Source: Saccostrea cucullata
Taxonomy: Eukaryota
Direction of reading: 5' to 3'
NCBI RefSeq assembly: GCF_032062105.1
Contig: NW_026931856.1
Location: 248,001-312,000, forward strand
Length of the DNA: 64,000 nucleotides
The notes under the pieces were generated by a model that worked only from the letters and a program-made list of their open reading frames with translations, had not been told where the DNA came from and ran no database searches. Every line of letters starts with the position of its first letter. The first letter of the stretch is position 1. The position numbers were made by a program, and so were the translations under genes. Shown piece by piece: positions 1 to 11,206 of the stretch.

Positions 1-647
1 CATTATCCAGCCAATATCATTTCATATCTCTATTTAGAGAACTGGAATCTACCTGCTAGTGTCAATTTTACTGGACAGTGTGTTAATATCATATTCGAAA
101 GTCACTTGCTTTCCCCTGCTATCATGCTCATTTACATAAATTTCCTGTCTAAATTAGGCTTTTGATTTTCCCAAAACGTTCAAAAAGCAGTGAAGCTTTC
201 TGGCCAATGACCCATTTCCTTACACTTTTAATACCCCGCTCCCGCCCGTTTTATCTGTCCGATAAAACGGGTCTAAAGGCCTGTGGTTGGGGGCTATATA
301 ACTTGGCCTAATGCACCGTGCATTTACAGACTTAGTCTGCTGCTGGACCCCGTGGTTTTCCTTGGGTACTAAATATCGATCTGCTACCCTGAGGAGGATA
401 TTTTTCATGCATTTTCCCTAATTTATAATACCTTCACGTTTTATAATCTGACACGCATATTAGTTTCTGATTTTCTCTATATATTAAAATATGTAACCCA
501 TTTTTTTCAAACGAGTCTGCCAGAGTCTCATTTTGAAATGATTCAACAAGTGTACTTTATTGGTTTTAGTGATTTAAGTATTCAAAAAGCTTTTAAAATA
601 AAACATGTGGAGATATATTCAGTATTTGATCTCAGAAGTCCATTAAA

Positions 648-1815
648 CTTTACAAAATAGGAGCGAAGCAAACACGGGCCTCCAAAACATCAGAGGCAGG
701 ATTATGTGCCATGGAGGAGTGAGCATCCCCTGCCGATCGGTCACAACCGCATGCAGTGTGTTCCTTATCACGATCGGGAAATAACGGAAAAATACACGGA
801 CAACTCCGTGTTTAAATAATAGCCTAACAATCAACATGAAAGAAAAAAATGCATTCAGCATTTGTCTTCATGAAAAATTGTAATTGCTAATAAGGTCATT
901 ATATCGACCATAGAACTTACGAAATGATGACTTTAAACGAGACTGCTAATATTCTACCATCACCAACGTGTTTGTCAATAACTTACCTCATTTTAGAAAC
1001 TGTCCATGCGTAGAACATGCTCTTCCGTATCGAATCAACAGAGATATATAAACTCCACAAGCACGTGAAAAATGTACAGGTATATTGCTTCATAAGTAAT
1101 GGAAGTTGACGATTGAAAAGTTAAAGTCATTCTGTTTATCATAAAGCTAATGTTGTTAGGTCCCATTTACGTCTTTTTAGTAAAAGATCCAAACATGAAA
1201 CAGATGTGTCAGACTCTGTGGTATCTTTTAATTTAAGCTCACTGGGATGTACGAGTATAGTGTCAGCAAAGAATGGACACAACTATTGTTAATTGACGAT
1301 ATGTCGCCAATATATCTAAACGTCGAATTGAAGGCTACAGCAAGTGTTTTCTTCGTTTCACGTAAAAGATTTTGAACAAATTCTGCTTCATGTAAATAAA
1401 AATAGGTCTGCTAAGAAGGGTGCGCTATTGGTACCTATAGGAATTCTGATAGATTGTTGGGAGACCTGGTCTCCAAAAACCACATAGATATTGTCAATCA
1501 GAAACTTTTTAATGTCAACTCCACAGTGGTTGTGTGTACAATCAGAATGTTTTAACAAATTAATTTTGCAAATGACCAATGACAAGGTAAGTAAATTTAC
1601 GAGTTCCATTTTTTTATTGAAAATACAGCTGTAAATGATGTCAGAAAGCCTGGACTTTATTTTATCGTGGGGGATAATTGTATATAAAGTTGAAAAGTCG
1701 TAAGTTTTAATGTTGATGATTTTGGTAAAATTTTATGATTTCAAATGTCTCAAAAGTTCCTCCGACTTTTCTTGTATCCACATCTGATTTACACCACTTC
1801 TCGAATATATTGTTG
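648..1815 (-). mobile_element. Degenerate Penelope-like retroelement fragment (RT remnant plus terminal region)
   Basis: Minus ORF 1388-1609 contains LIDNIYVVFGDQVSQQSIRIPIGTNSAPFLADLFLF, a decayed form of the Penelope RT motif GIPMGTNCAPLLADLFLY. The surrounding frames are interrupted by stops. Boundaries are approximate. Confidence 0.75.
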
Positions 1816-2061
1816 AACAGTACTCTTGAGGTTCCTCCTTCACTTCTGCTACTTAGTTAGTAGTAAAGAAAGATGCTTGATAGAACATTTACTGGAACCC
1901 AATTTTGTTGTTTGGAATATTAAAATGTTCAAAACTAAGTATCTTTGTACATGTAAGGATTTTTATGAGCCTTACAGGGGGAAACTGAGGACATTGCTGT
2001 TGAAGATCCTGATTTAACATTTATGTATAGAAAGCCTTTATTTTATTTTATTTTCAGCCAT

Positions 2062-2424
2062 CAGCCATCCTCACAAGCCGGGTCCTGAGACAACATGTTG
2101 CCGTTAGACCCCTGGCAAATCTCATATACAATACAATATCCATGCGCTGACTGTAGCGAAGCGACGTCTTACGGAAAAATAGTTAAACTTGATTGTTTTT
2201 CTTATCTCTCAACCAATCACATAAAGCCATTCTATGATAAACAATTTGTAACACGTGCATTAATTTTGAGGTGTCAGCTGAATCCTTATCTACCTATTTT
2301 TGAAATCTTTGATTTGATTGGTGCTTCTCAATGAGAGAAGCAAGCCCACGGATATTGAATGAAATATGCCAGGGGTCTAACGGCAACGTGTTGACTCGGG
2401 ACCCCTGGCTTGCGAGGATGGCTG
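2062..2424. mobile_element. MITE, about 360 bp, with about 65-bp imperfect terminal inverted repeats
   Basis: The left end cagccatcctcacaagccgggtcctgagacaacatgttgccgttagacccctggca is the near reverse complement of the right end tgccaggggtctaacggcaacgtgttgactcgggacccctggcttgcgaggatggctg. No clear TSD. Confidence 0.75.
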
Positions 2425-4745
2425 GAAAGAGGCAGAGGGATGTTTTGTATCGAAAGAGAACTCGAGGACAATCAACCAGTTTAGGACATTGTGATAAATG
2501 TGGAGGTGAAACTGTTCATGTCAGTGCTAGCTTAGCTATCATCAGGGTACATGGTGGAGAGCAGATACATAAATCCATCTATTCAGAAGCAGAAGGGTAC
2601 TCCAGATGCGGAGAGCTCAGAAGTGTCATAAGTCAACTCATCAAGGAGGCCAAAGACGGCAAGAAATATTTTGAAGCTGTGTGGTTAGACCTAGCCAACG
2701 AGTATGGATCTCTGCCCCACAAGCTGATTGAGTCGGTGATCGAGCGGTACAAAATACCAGAGAACGTTCAGGGGATTGTCAAGAGCTACTTCGGGGGAAT
2801 GCAGATCCGGTTCACTGTCGATGACTACACCACATCCTGGCAAAGAGTAGAGAAAGGGATAGTCACAGGATGTACAATCTCTCCTATTCTGTTCGTAATG
2901 GGTATGGTGACCAGGACTGCAGAGAGAGAGAATCAAGAGGGCCAAAGATGGACTCAGGGATTTATCAGCCACCAATTCGAGGCTTTATGGATGATCTCAC
3001 TGTGACAACAACGACCGATATACAGGCGAGATGGGACCTGTCAGCATTGGAAGATATAGTGTTTCCTGGACACGCATGAAGTTCATGCTAAAGAAATCCA
3101 GATGTCTCGTTTTGAGGAAGGGGCGTATCATCAGGCAAGTCAAGATGCAAATTCAAGCAGAGGAGATCCCATCAATAGTAGGAAACCCGATCAAGTGCTT
3201 GGGGAAGTGGTTTAATGAATCCCTCACAGACAAGGATAGCATCGAGGACACAAAGAAGAAGCTCATTGCTTGGTTGAAAAGAGTCGATGGAAGCGAAAAC
3301 CTGGAAAATATAAGGCATGGATCTATCAGCATGGGATCCTACCAAGACTTATATGGCTGCTCCTCATACTAGTATACGAAATTGCAACTACTACAGTCGA
3401 AACCAAGGAAAGGAAAATTACTGGGTGTCTGAGGAGGTGGCTAAGACTTCCATCATCATTTACATCGATTGGACTCTGCATCAACTCAACCCAGTTACGC
3501 ATACCAGTTTCCTCTGTGGTGGAAGAATTCAAAGCAGCAAAATGCAGCTTGGTAATGACGTTACGTGACTTAGCAGATGACAGGGTCGCAGAAGCAGGGA
3601 TCAAGACAAAGACAGGAAGAAAGTGGTCAAGATAGCAAAATGCAGCTTGGTAATGACGTTACGTGACTCAGCAGATGACAGGGTCGCAGAAGCTGGGATC
3701 CAGACAAGGACAGGAAGAAAGTGGTCAGCAAAAACATCAATGGATCAAGCAGAGAGTATGCTTTACTTATGCCCTATTGTTCAGGCTGAAGTACGGCGCA
3801 CTGAGGAAAATTAACGGAAAGCAAAATCAACAGAGCTTTGTAAACAGGGGGCCAGGATGAAGTGGGACTTACCGTTGCGGGAATTAACCTGGACAGAACA
3901 GTGGAGAAAGGAGCAGTTTAGAATCTCGTTCCTTCTGAGGTCAGTGCATGACACACTCCCATATCCTTTAAATTTGCAACAGTGGGGGATAAGCGAAGAC
4001 TAGTTGCAAGCTGTGTGGAAAGAGAGGGACAATGGTGCATATTCTATCAGGATGCCAAGTTGCGCTGACCCAGGGAAGACATAGATAGCGACATGATAAG
4101 TCCTGTGGAAGTCGGCTGGATGTGGAGAGAAGAAGGAAACAACCAGCAGACAAGAAACAAAGACAAATACAGTCTGTGAGGGTGAAGCAATGGTTGACAT
4201 AAGAGCAGCAAGGCAGACATAAGTGTTGGATAGAGGACATGACTGGGAGCTCAGAGTTGATCCAGACAGGAAGTTAGTTTTCCCTAACATCGTGGAAATC
4301 AACCTAAGACCAGACGCAGTTTAGTGTCCCAGCAATCGAAAACATGGTCACAATGGAGCTGACTGTGCCGTGGGAAGAAAATTTTGAGGAAGCACATGAG
4401 AGGAAGAGCCTTAAATATGCAAGGCAGACTGCAGGGATAGAGGCTGGAGTGTCTGGCTGTTTCCAATAGAGGTCGGCTGAAGAGGTTTCCAAGTGCAATC
4501 AGTGTGGAAGCTGCTCACTAGATTAGGTGTATCATGAAGAGCAAGCAAGACAGCAGCAAGGAGACTGGGAGAAGAAGCAGAAAAGTCATCCTGCTGGATA
4601 TGGCACCACCGAGACGATCTGTGCTGGAAGTCAGGATCCATTGAGTAGTGGATTGGCCACCACTGCTGACCCACCAACTGGAGGATATCATGGTTATGGG
4701 TGGAAACATCCGGTGAAGGTTGGAGACAATCTGATGATGATCAGA
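2425..4745 (+). mobile_element. 5'-truncated, frameshifted non-LTR retrotransposon with a restriction-like endonuclease (HERO/NeSL-type)
   Basis: RT motifs lie across ORFs 2331-3814: VWLDLANEYGSLPH, KGIVTGCTISPILF, PPIRGFMDDLTV, IKCLGKWF. A CCHC knuckle (CKLCGKRGTMVHILSGC) is near 4005-4055 and the RLE motif (LRPD...MELTVPWEENFEEAHERK) near 4300-4410. Many stops and frameshifts. Confidence 0.88.
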
Positions 4746-4885
4746 ACCGACAGGCGAGACCAGGGGCGAAAGTTACAGATAGTGACAGGCATGCTTAAGT
4801 GTGCCAAGCTGACAGTTAGCAGAAAACCATCTTCTGTAAGTGAATACTGCCTATACACACTGAAGAGAACTATTTAGCCTCATCA

Positions 4886-7263
4886 TTTTTATGCCCCGCT
4901 ATGAAAATGACCGGGGCATATAGTGTTTGTCATGTCCGTCTTCCGTCCTTCCGTCTGTCCTTCTTTCACACTTTGCGTTTAGCTCTGTTCAAAGCTAAGT
5001 TTCAAAGAAACTGTCCAAGATATTTTCATCAAACTTCATATGCTGATAGATATTGATGAGAGCTATGCAACTGCATCAACATTTTTTGACCTTGACCTTT
5101 CCTTTGACCTTGACCTCACTTTTCTTAAATTAGTGTTTAGCTCAATTTTAAACATACCACTCAAGATGGTGTTATCAAACTTCACATGTTGATACAAATT
5201 TGCACGGATGATGCATCATGGGATGAACAATACCAGACTTGCTTCGGATGCTGGATCTGACCTACATGAGTGACCAGGTTAAAGTTTTTGGAGGAGGTCC
5301 ATTCCTAAGGAACTATAAGCCCTACTTCGACCAAACTTGCATGGATGATCAATGCATCTAAGGATGGACACTACCAGACTTGCTTCGGATGCTGGATCTG
5401 ACGTACATTTTCCAGATGAGTGACCAGGTTAAAGTTTTTGGAGCAGGTCCATTCCTAAGGAACTATAAGCCCTACTTGGACCAAACTTGCATGGAGGATG
5501 CATCTAGGGATGGACACTACCAGACTTGCTTCGGATGCTGGATCTGACCTATCTTTTCATTCCGAAGGAACTATACGCCCTGCCTGAACCAAACTTGCAT
5601 GGATGATGCATTTAGGGATGGACACTACCAGACTTGCTTCAGATGCTGGATCTGACCTACATTTTTATTCCCTAGAAACTATAAGCCCTACCTGAACCAA
5701 ACTTGCATGGAGGATGCATCTAGGGATGGACACTACCAGACTTGCTTCGGATGTTGGATCTGACCTATATTTTCATTCCCAAGTAACTATAAGCGCTGTC
5801 TGAACCAAACTTGCATGGATGATGCATCTAGGGATGGACACTACCAGACTTGCTTCAGATGCTGGATCTGACCTATATTTTCATTCCCAAGTAACTATAA
5901 GCCCCACCTAAACCAAACTTGCATGGATGATGCATCTTAGGATGAACACTACCAGACTTGCTTCGGATGCTGGATCTGACCTATATTTTCTTTCCTAAGT
6001 AACTATAAGCCCTGTCTGAACCAAACTTGCATGGATGATGCATCTAGGGATGGACACTACCAGACTTGCTTCGGATGCTGGATCTGACCTATATTTTCAT
6101 TCCCAAGTAACTATAAGCCCCACCTAAACCAAACTTGCATGGATGATGCATCTTAGGATGGACACTACCAGACTTGCTTCGGATGCTGGATCTGACCTAT
6201 ATTTTCTTTCCCAAGTAACTATAAGCCCTCCGCCCTGCCTGAACCAAACTTGCATGGATGATGCATCTAGGGATGGACACTACCAGACTTGCTTCGGATG
6301 CTGGATCTGACCTATATTTTCATTCCCAAGTAACTATAAACCCTATCTGAACCAAACTTGCATGGATGTTGCATCTAGGGATGGACACTACCAGACTTGC
6401 TTCGGATGCTGGATCTGACCTATATTTTCCAAACCAGAGACCAGGTTAAAGTTCTGGGAACAGATCAATCCCAATGAATTTGAAGTTCTTAATATCTACA
6501 TTATTATCAAAGTTATTAATATTTGTTCACACTATACACGTTTTTCATGCTACATGTGTAGAAATAAGTATATGCCATGTATGGGGTAAAACACAACTCT
6601 CAAGAATATTGTTGTTGGGATAAATACTAAATGTTAAGGAAATATGATGTGAGATTTGGATTTAACTTACACTGATAACATTCGTTGAGGCGAGCTTCGT
6701 AATCTTTGATTACGTATGTTTTATTAAAGACATCATTTCTAGACACTTTTATCAAACTTCATATGTTGATACATACTGATGAGAGATATGCAACTGCATC
6801 AACATTTTTGACCTTGACCTTTGCTTTAACATTGACCTCACTTTTCCTAAATTAGTGTCAAACATCATAAGTTTATAGATATTGAGGTAAGCATTTCAAG
6901 TGTATCATCATTTTTTACCTTTACCTTTCATTTGACCTTGACCTCACTTTTATCCATTTTTGTTTAAGTCAGTTTTAAAGAAACCATTTATAATTATATT
7001 TTCAACTTCATTTGCTGACACTTACTGATGAGATCTTTTCAACTGAATCAACAGTTTTTGACCTTGGTATTTCCTTTGACCTTGACCTCACTTTAATGAA
7101 ATTAGTGTCAAACTTCATATGCTGATACATACTAATGTAAGCAATTCAGCTGCATCACTATTCAAGATATTCTGATCAAATTTTATACACATACAAATTT
7201 TCATGTTGCTTTACTAATATATCCTCGGCGGGGCATTCATGTCCCATGGACATATTTCTAGTT
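4886..7263 (+). mobile_element. Non-autonomous Helentron-like element (HINE/pearl-type) carrying gaccttgacct repeats, with a nested second HINE
   Basis: 5' end: ttttt + subterminal repeat atgccccgc, its nearby inverted copy ccggggcat, and a (tccg) microsatellite. 3' end: gcggggcat + hairpin atgtcccatggacat + ctagtt. Confidence 0.75.
5200..6722 (+). repeat. Satellite array (150-bp unit followed by eight 108-bp units) inside a 5'-truncated HINE
   Basis: The anchor aaacttgc recurs at 5333, 5483, 5591, 5699, 5807, 5915, 6023, 6131, 6246 and 6354. The HINE 3' end gttgaggcgagct + hairpin gtaatctttgattac lies near 6685-6715. Confidence 0.9.
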
Positions 7264-7611
7264 TTTACCTTTCCTTTGACATTGACTTCACTTTTCTTAA
7301 TTATGTGTTTAGCTAAATTTCAAAAAAATTATTCAAGATATTTAATCAAACTTTGTTTGTTAATACATACCGATGATAGCTATTTAACTGCATCAACACT
7401 TTAACTTTCACCCTTTTCTTTGACCTTACTTTCTTAAATAAGTGCTTATCTCAATTTCAAGGAATCTTGAGATATTTTATCTAATCCTTTCTGCATATAC
7501 ATACTGATGAGAGCTCTTTATCTGCATTAACTTTTTACCTTGACCTTTCCTGTGACCTTGACCTCACTTTTCTTGAATTAGTGTTAAGCTTAGTTTCAAA
7601 GAAATTATAAT

Positions 7612-9186
7612 AAAAACATAGGTAATCAGAGATTACAGAGCTCACCTCAACGTGTGTTGTCTTTAAGTAAGGCAAATTAAGTCACACAATTAACCAACAA
7701 AAAGTGTACATCCAAAAATGCAAAATTTATGCAAATTTGATACTTTGGAATAGACCTATAAAAAAAACTAAAAACTAGTTCTTCATCATGAAAATGTAAT
7801 TAAAATCCAGCATCTGAAGCAAGATTGAGAGTTTTCATCCCTTGATGCATCATTTGTGCAACTGGTTTATATAAGCCTTATAGTTTCTTGGTGATAGACT
7901 TGCACCCAAAACTTTTACGAGGTCTGTTATCTGGAAAAATGTATGTCGAATTCGGCATCTGAAGCAAGCCCATTAGTGTGCATCCTAAGATGTATCATCC
8001 ATGCAAGTTTGGTCAACATAGGGCTTAAAGTTACTTGCAAATGAAACCTGTATAAAAAAATTAACCTTTCCACTAATCCAGAAAATGTAGGTCAGATTCA
8101 GCATCCGAAGCCAGCCTAGTAGAATGCACCCTTAGATGTACCATCCATGCAAGTTTGGTCATTATAGGGCTCAAAGTTACTTGGAAATGAATCCTGCACC
8201 ATAAACTTTAACCTGTTTACTCCTCCAGAAAATGTAGGTCAGATTCAGCATTCGAAGCAGGTCTTGTAATATGCATCCTAAGATGTACCATCCATGCAAG
8301 TTTGGTCATTATATGTCTCATAGTAACTTGGAAATGAAACCTGCACCAAAAACTTTAACCTGTTCACTCAACCGGAAAATTTTCATCCGAAGCAAGTCTA
8401 GTAGATTACATATATGTACCACCCATGCAAGTTTGGTCATTATAGGGCTCAACGTATCTTCGAAATGAAACCTTCACCAAAAACTTTAACCTGTTCACTC
8501 AACCGGAAAATGTAGGTCAGATTCAGCATCCGAAGCAAGGCTGGTAGTATGCATCCTAAGATGTATCATCCATGTAAGTTTGGTCATTATATGTCTCATA
8601 GTAACTTGGAAATGATACTTGCACCAAAAACTTTAACCTGTTCACTCAACCGGAAAATGTAGGTCAGATTCAGCATCCGAAGCAAGTTTAGTAGAATACA
8701 TCCTAAGATGTACCATCCATGCAAGTTTGGTCATTATAGGGCTCAAACCCTTTTCTTCAAAATGAAACCATCACCAAAAACTTTAACCTGTTCACTCAAC
8801 CGGAAAATGTAGGTCAGATTCAGCATCCGAAGCAAGGCCGGTAGTATGCATCCTAAGATGTATCATCCATGTAAGTTTGGTCAACATAGGGCTTATAGTT
8901 ACTCGGAAATGAGACCTACACCAAAAACTGCACCAAAAATGTTAACCTGCACCAAAAACATTAACCTGGTCATTCCTTTGCTGAAATTGCAGCATCTGAA
9001 ACTTTGACTGGTACAATGAAACACACTAGCAACATCTTCCATGCATGTCTAATCAATATAGGACATAGAAGTACTTAAAAAGAAAACTGCTCCAAAAAAC
9101 TTAACCTTAACCCGGGACGCCGACGCCGACACCGACGCCGAGGGTATCACATAAGCTCCCCCCAACTTCGTTGAGGTGAGCTAAAA
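7612..9186 (-). mobile_element. Complete HINE with about seven 147-bp internal repeats (same family as 5200-6722)
   Basis: Read on minus, it starts tttttagctcacctcaacgaagttgggggagct plus a (ggcgtc)n microsatellite and ends gttgaggtgagctctgtaatctctgattacctatgtttt. The anchor g(c/t)aagtttggtc recurs at 8003, 8149, 8296, 8427, 8574, 8721 and 8871. Confidence 0.88.
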
Positions 9187-9361
9187 AGAAAGACACTGGA
9201 ATGGAGAAGATGTATAATTACTGAAATTACTAACGAAACATAAATATATTACCGGTAGTGTCAGGAAATTCCTTTTCAACTAAATGACAACATCTTTCTT
9301 CCTTTTTTTTTATACAAATCTTGCCCTACTAGTACAAGTGTGTATTTGAGGATTAGTTAGA

Positions 9362-10869
9362 TTAATTATTTCTATCGTCCTCTTCACTGCTGTCTTCATC
9401 AGAGTCCTGATCTTGATTCTCCCCAAATATAATTCGACTCAACAGTTTGTGTTTTTTATACAAATAACTACTAGCCATAACTGCTGGAGGTTCTTTACGT
9501 TTGATTCCACTGCTGCTAGAAGATTCAACATTTCCTAAACTCAGCTTCTGTTCATAAATCTCTGTTTTCCCTCGGGTGTGATTGAAGAAGTCAGCAGTGT
9601 ATGTCTGCATGGTGTCAATCAATCCTGAACTCAAATACGTGTAATTAACAACAAGCCAAGAAATGAGAATGGCTGTTAGACTGAACATTCTACATTCTTC
9701 CTCTGACGAGTCAAACAGTGGCACCCTCGTACTCTCAAGTAGAACATCATGCTCTGCATCATAAAACATGACAGTCATTTCAGAAAGTCCAACTCCAATT
9801 AAAGGGGTGAGAAAGTTACTGCATTCTGGATGTTTTTGCTTCTGCAAAAATGAAAATACAATTGTCTTTGCAATTAATTGTGAGTTCTGGGATAAAACAC
9901 TTGTTTTCTGTTTTTCTAACAAAGAATTTCCAATAGCACTTCCAGAGTTCTCCTCTGGCAATTCACAATGTAATGCTAGGTTGTCATTGATAATGATATC
10001 CATATTCCCATGCCAAACCTCACTGTTTCCTGCAAAACATCAAACTTAACGTTTTCATAAAACTTTAAAACGGGAATAGAATTGATTCAATTGACTTAAA
10101 ACTGATGTTTACAGCTACTAATAAGCACCTCTTAGAAGTTAAAGTTCTAAGAAATCAATTGACATTTACCAACACTTGTGTCTCCTAATGCTCCTGTCAG
10201 CTGGCAGTTGGGATAACTACATGGGCAGTTGTCTTTTCTCAAGTCATCACACTCTTTGTTAACTGTATAGCGAGATGATGTTGACAACTTTCCAAACAAG
10301 TGATTTGCCAGCAACGTACTCAAATCTGCCTTAGTCATTTGGTGTAAGTTGGTTGTTGGTATTTCATCAGCTTTAAGCAAATAAGAATCATTCTTAATAA
10401 TAAAAAAATTACAATAAATAGCTATCTTTCTCGATATTCCAGTGCAAATATTTCAAAATATGACGTAAAATTCCCAAATATCATTACATTGATTATTCAT
10501 TAAATGAAACAAAATATTATCCTCCTTGATTTCATTTTCAGCCCTTAATACCAATAGGCAATTACCTGCATTAGATTTTACAAATGCTAGCAGCTTATTA
10601 AGCACAAATTGTTCCTGCCTGTTTTCTGGCATGCCTCTGTTTTCTAAATACCCAATCAGAATGTCAACGCCACGTCGAAACACATCTCCAAACAAAAACG
10701 TCTTTCTGGACTTTACCTCTACCTCACAATATGCTTTAGAGAAAGACCTGTAGCTAGGATTTGAATCTGCTGCATTACAGTTTACAATTTTCAATGGCCT
10801 GAGTTGAACACAATGTTGGGATGCTTCGAAACAAAGACCATCTAATGCAATTGCTAATTCCTTATTCAT
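9362..10869 (-). CDS. Uncharacterised 390-aa protein with a candidate PD-(D/E)XK (restriction endonuclease-like) C-terminal domain and an acidic tail
   Basis: Three exons, 10869-10566, 10370-10170 and 10029-9362, join in frame through GT-AG introns (cag|gtaatt...ttaaag|, g|gtaaat...ttgcag|). Motifs: CPC...C...GALGDTSVGNSEVWHGNMDIII, LLEKQK, SQLIAKTIVFSFLQ, FYDAEHDVLLES. The gene model is well supported; the fold is inference. Confidence 0.75.
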
Positions 10870-11206
10870 GTTTTAAGGAAATTCACAAAAATTATTATCT
10901 ATATCTGTGCTAAATTTTCTCCATAAACTTTTTCCTAATCATGCTGATGCTAATGATGATGTTGTCCCATCTGAATCGGGTTCGAACTACCTGAAATTAC
11001 GGGCGGTGTAAAAGTAGGTGCAAAAACTTGTTAAACCGTTGTAATACATTACTTTTAGGAAGATTTCTTCGGCAAGCTATACAAGAAAAATATGAAATAT
11101 TGTTTAAAGCTGGAAGGAACTTGATTTTTTTAATTACATGTAAGTTTTTAATTGATTTAATTTATTTATACAGGTTTACTTTTACCCCATTCCTACAACT
11201 TTCACT

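Noticed and set aside
220-408. 62-aa minus ORF ending near a possible donor (aaagt|gtaagg)
   Set aside because: It could be an exon of a gene leaving the window, but there is no recognisable motif or partner exon to support it.
2331-2424. N-terminus of ORF 2331-3005 as part of the RT protein
   Set aside because: It is read through the right TIR of a separate MITE. RT similarity begins only after 2425.
5200-6460. Regularly spaced repeats resembling a CRISPR array (also 17365-19996, 37570-38100, 39391-40750)
   Set aside because: These are head-to-tail tandem units without unique spacers, in a eukaryotic intron-rich context with no cas genes.
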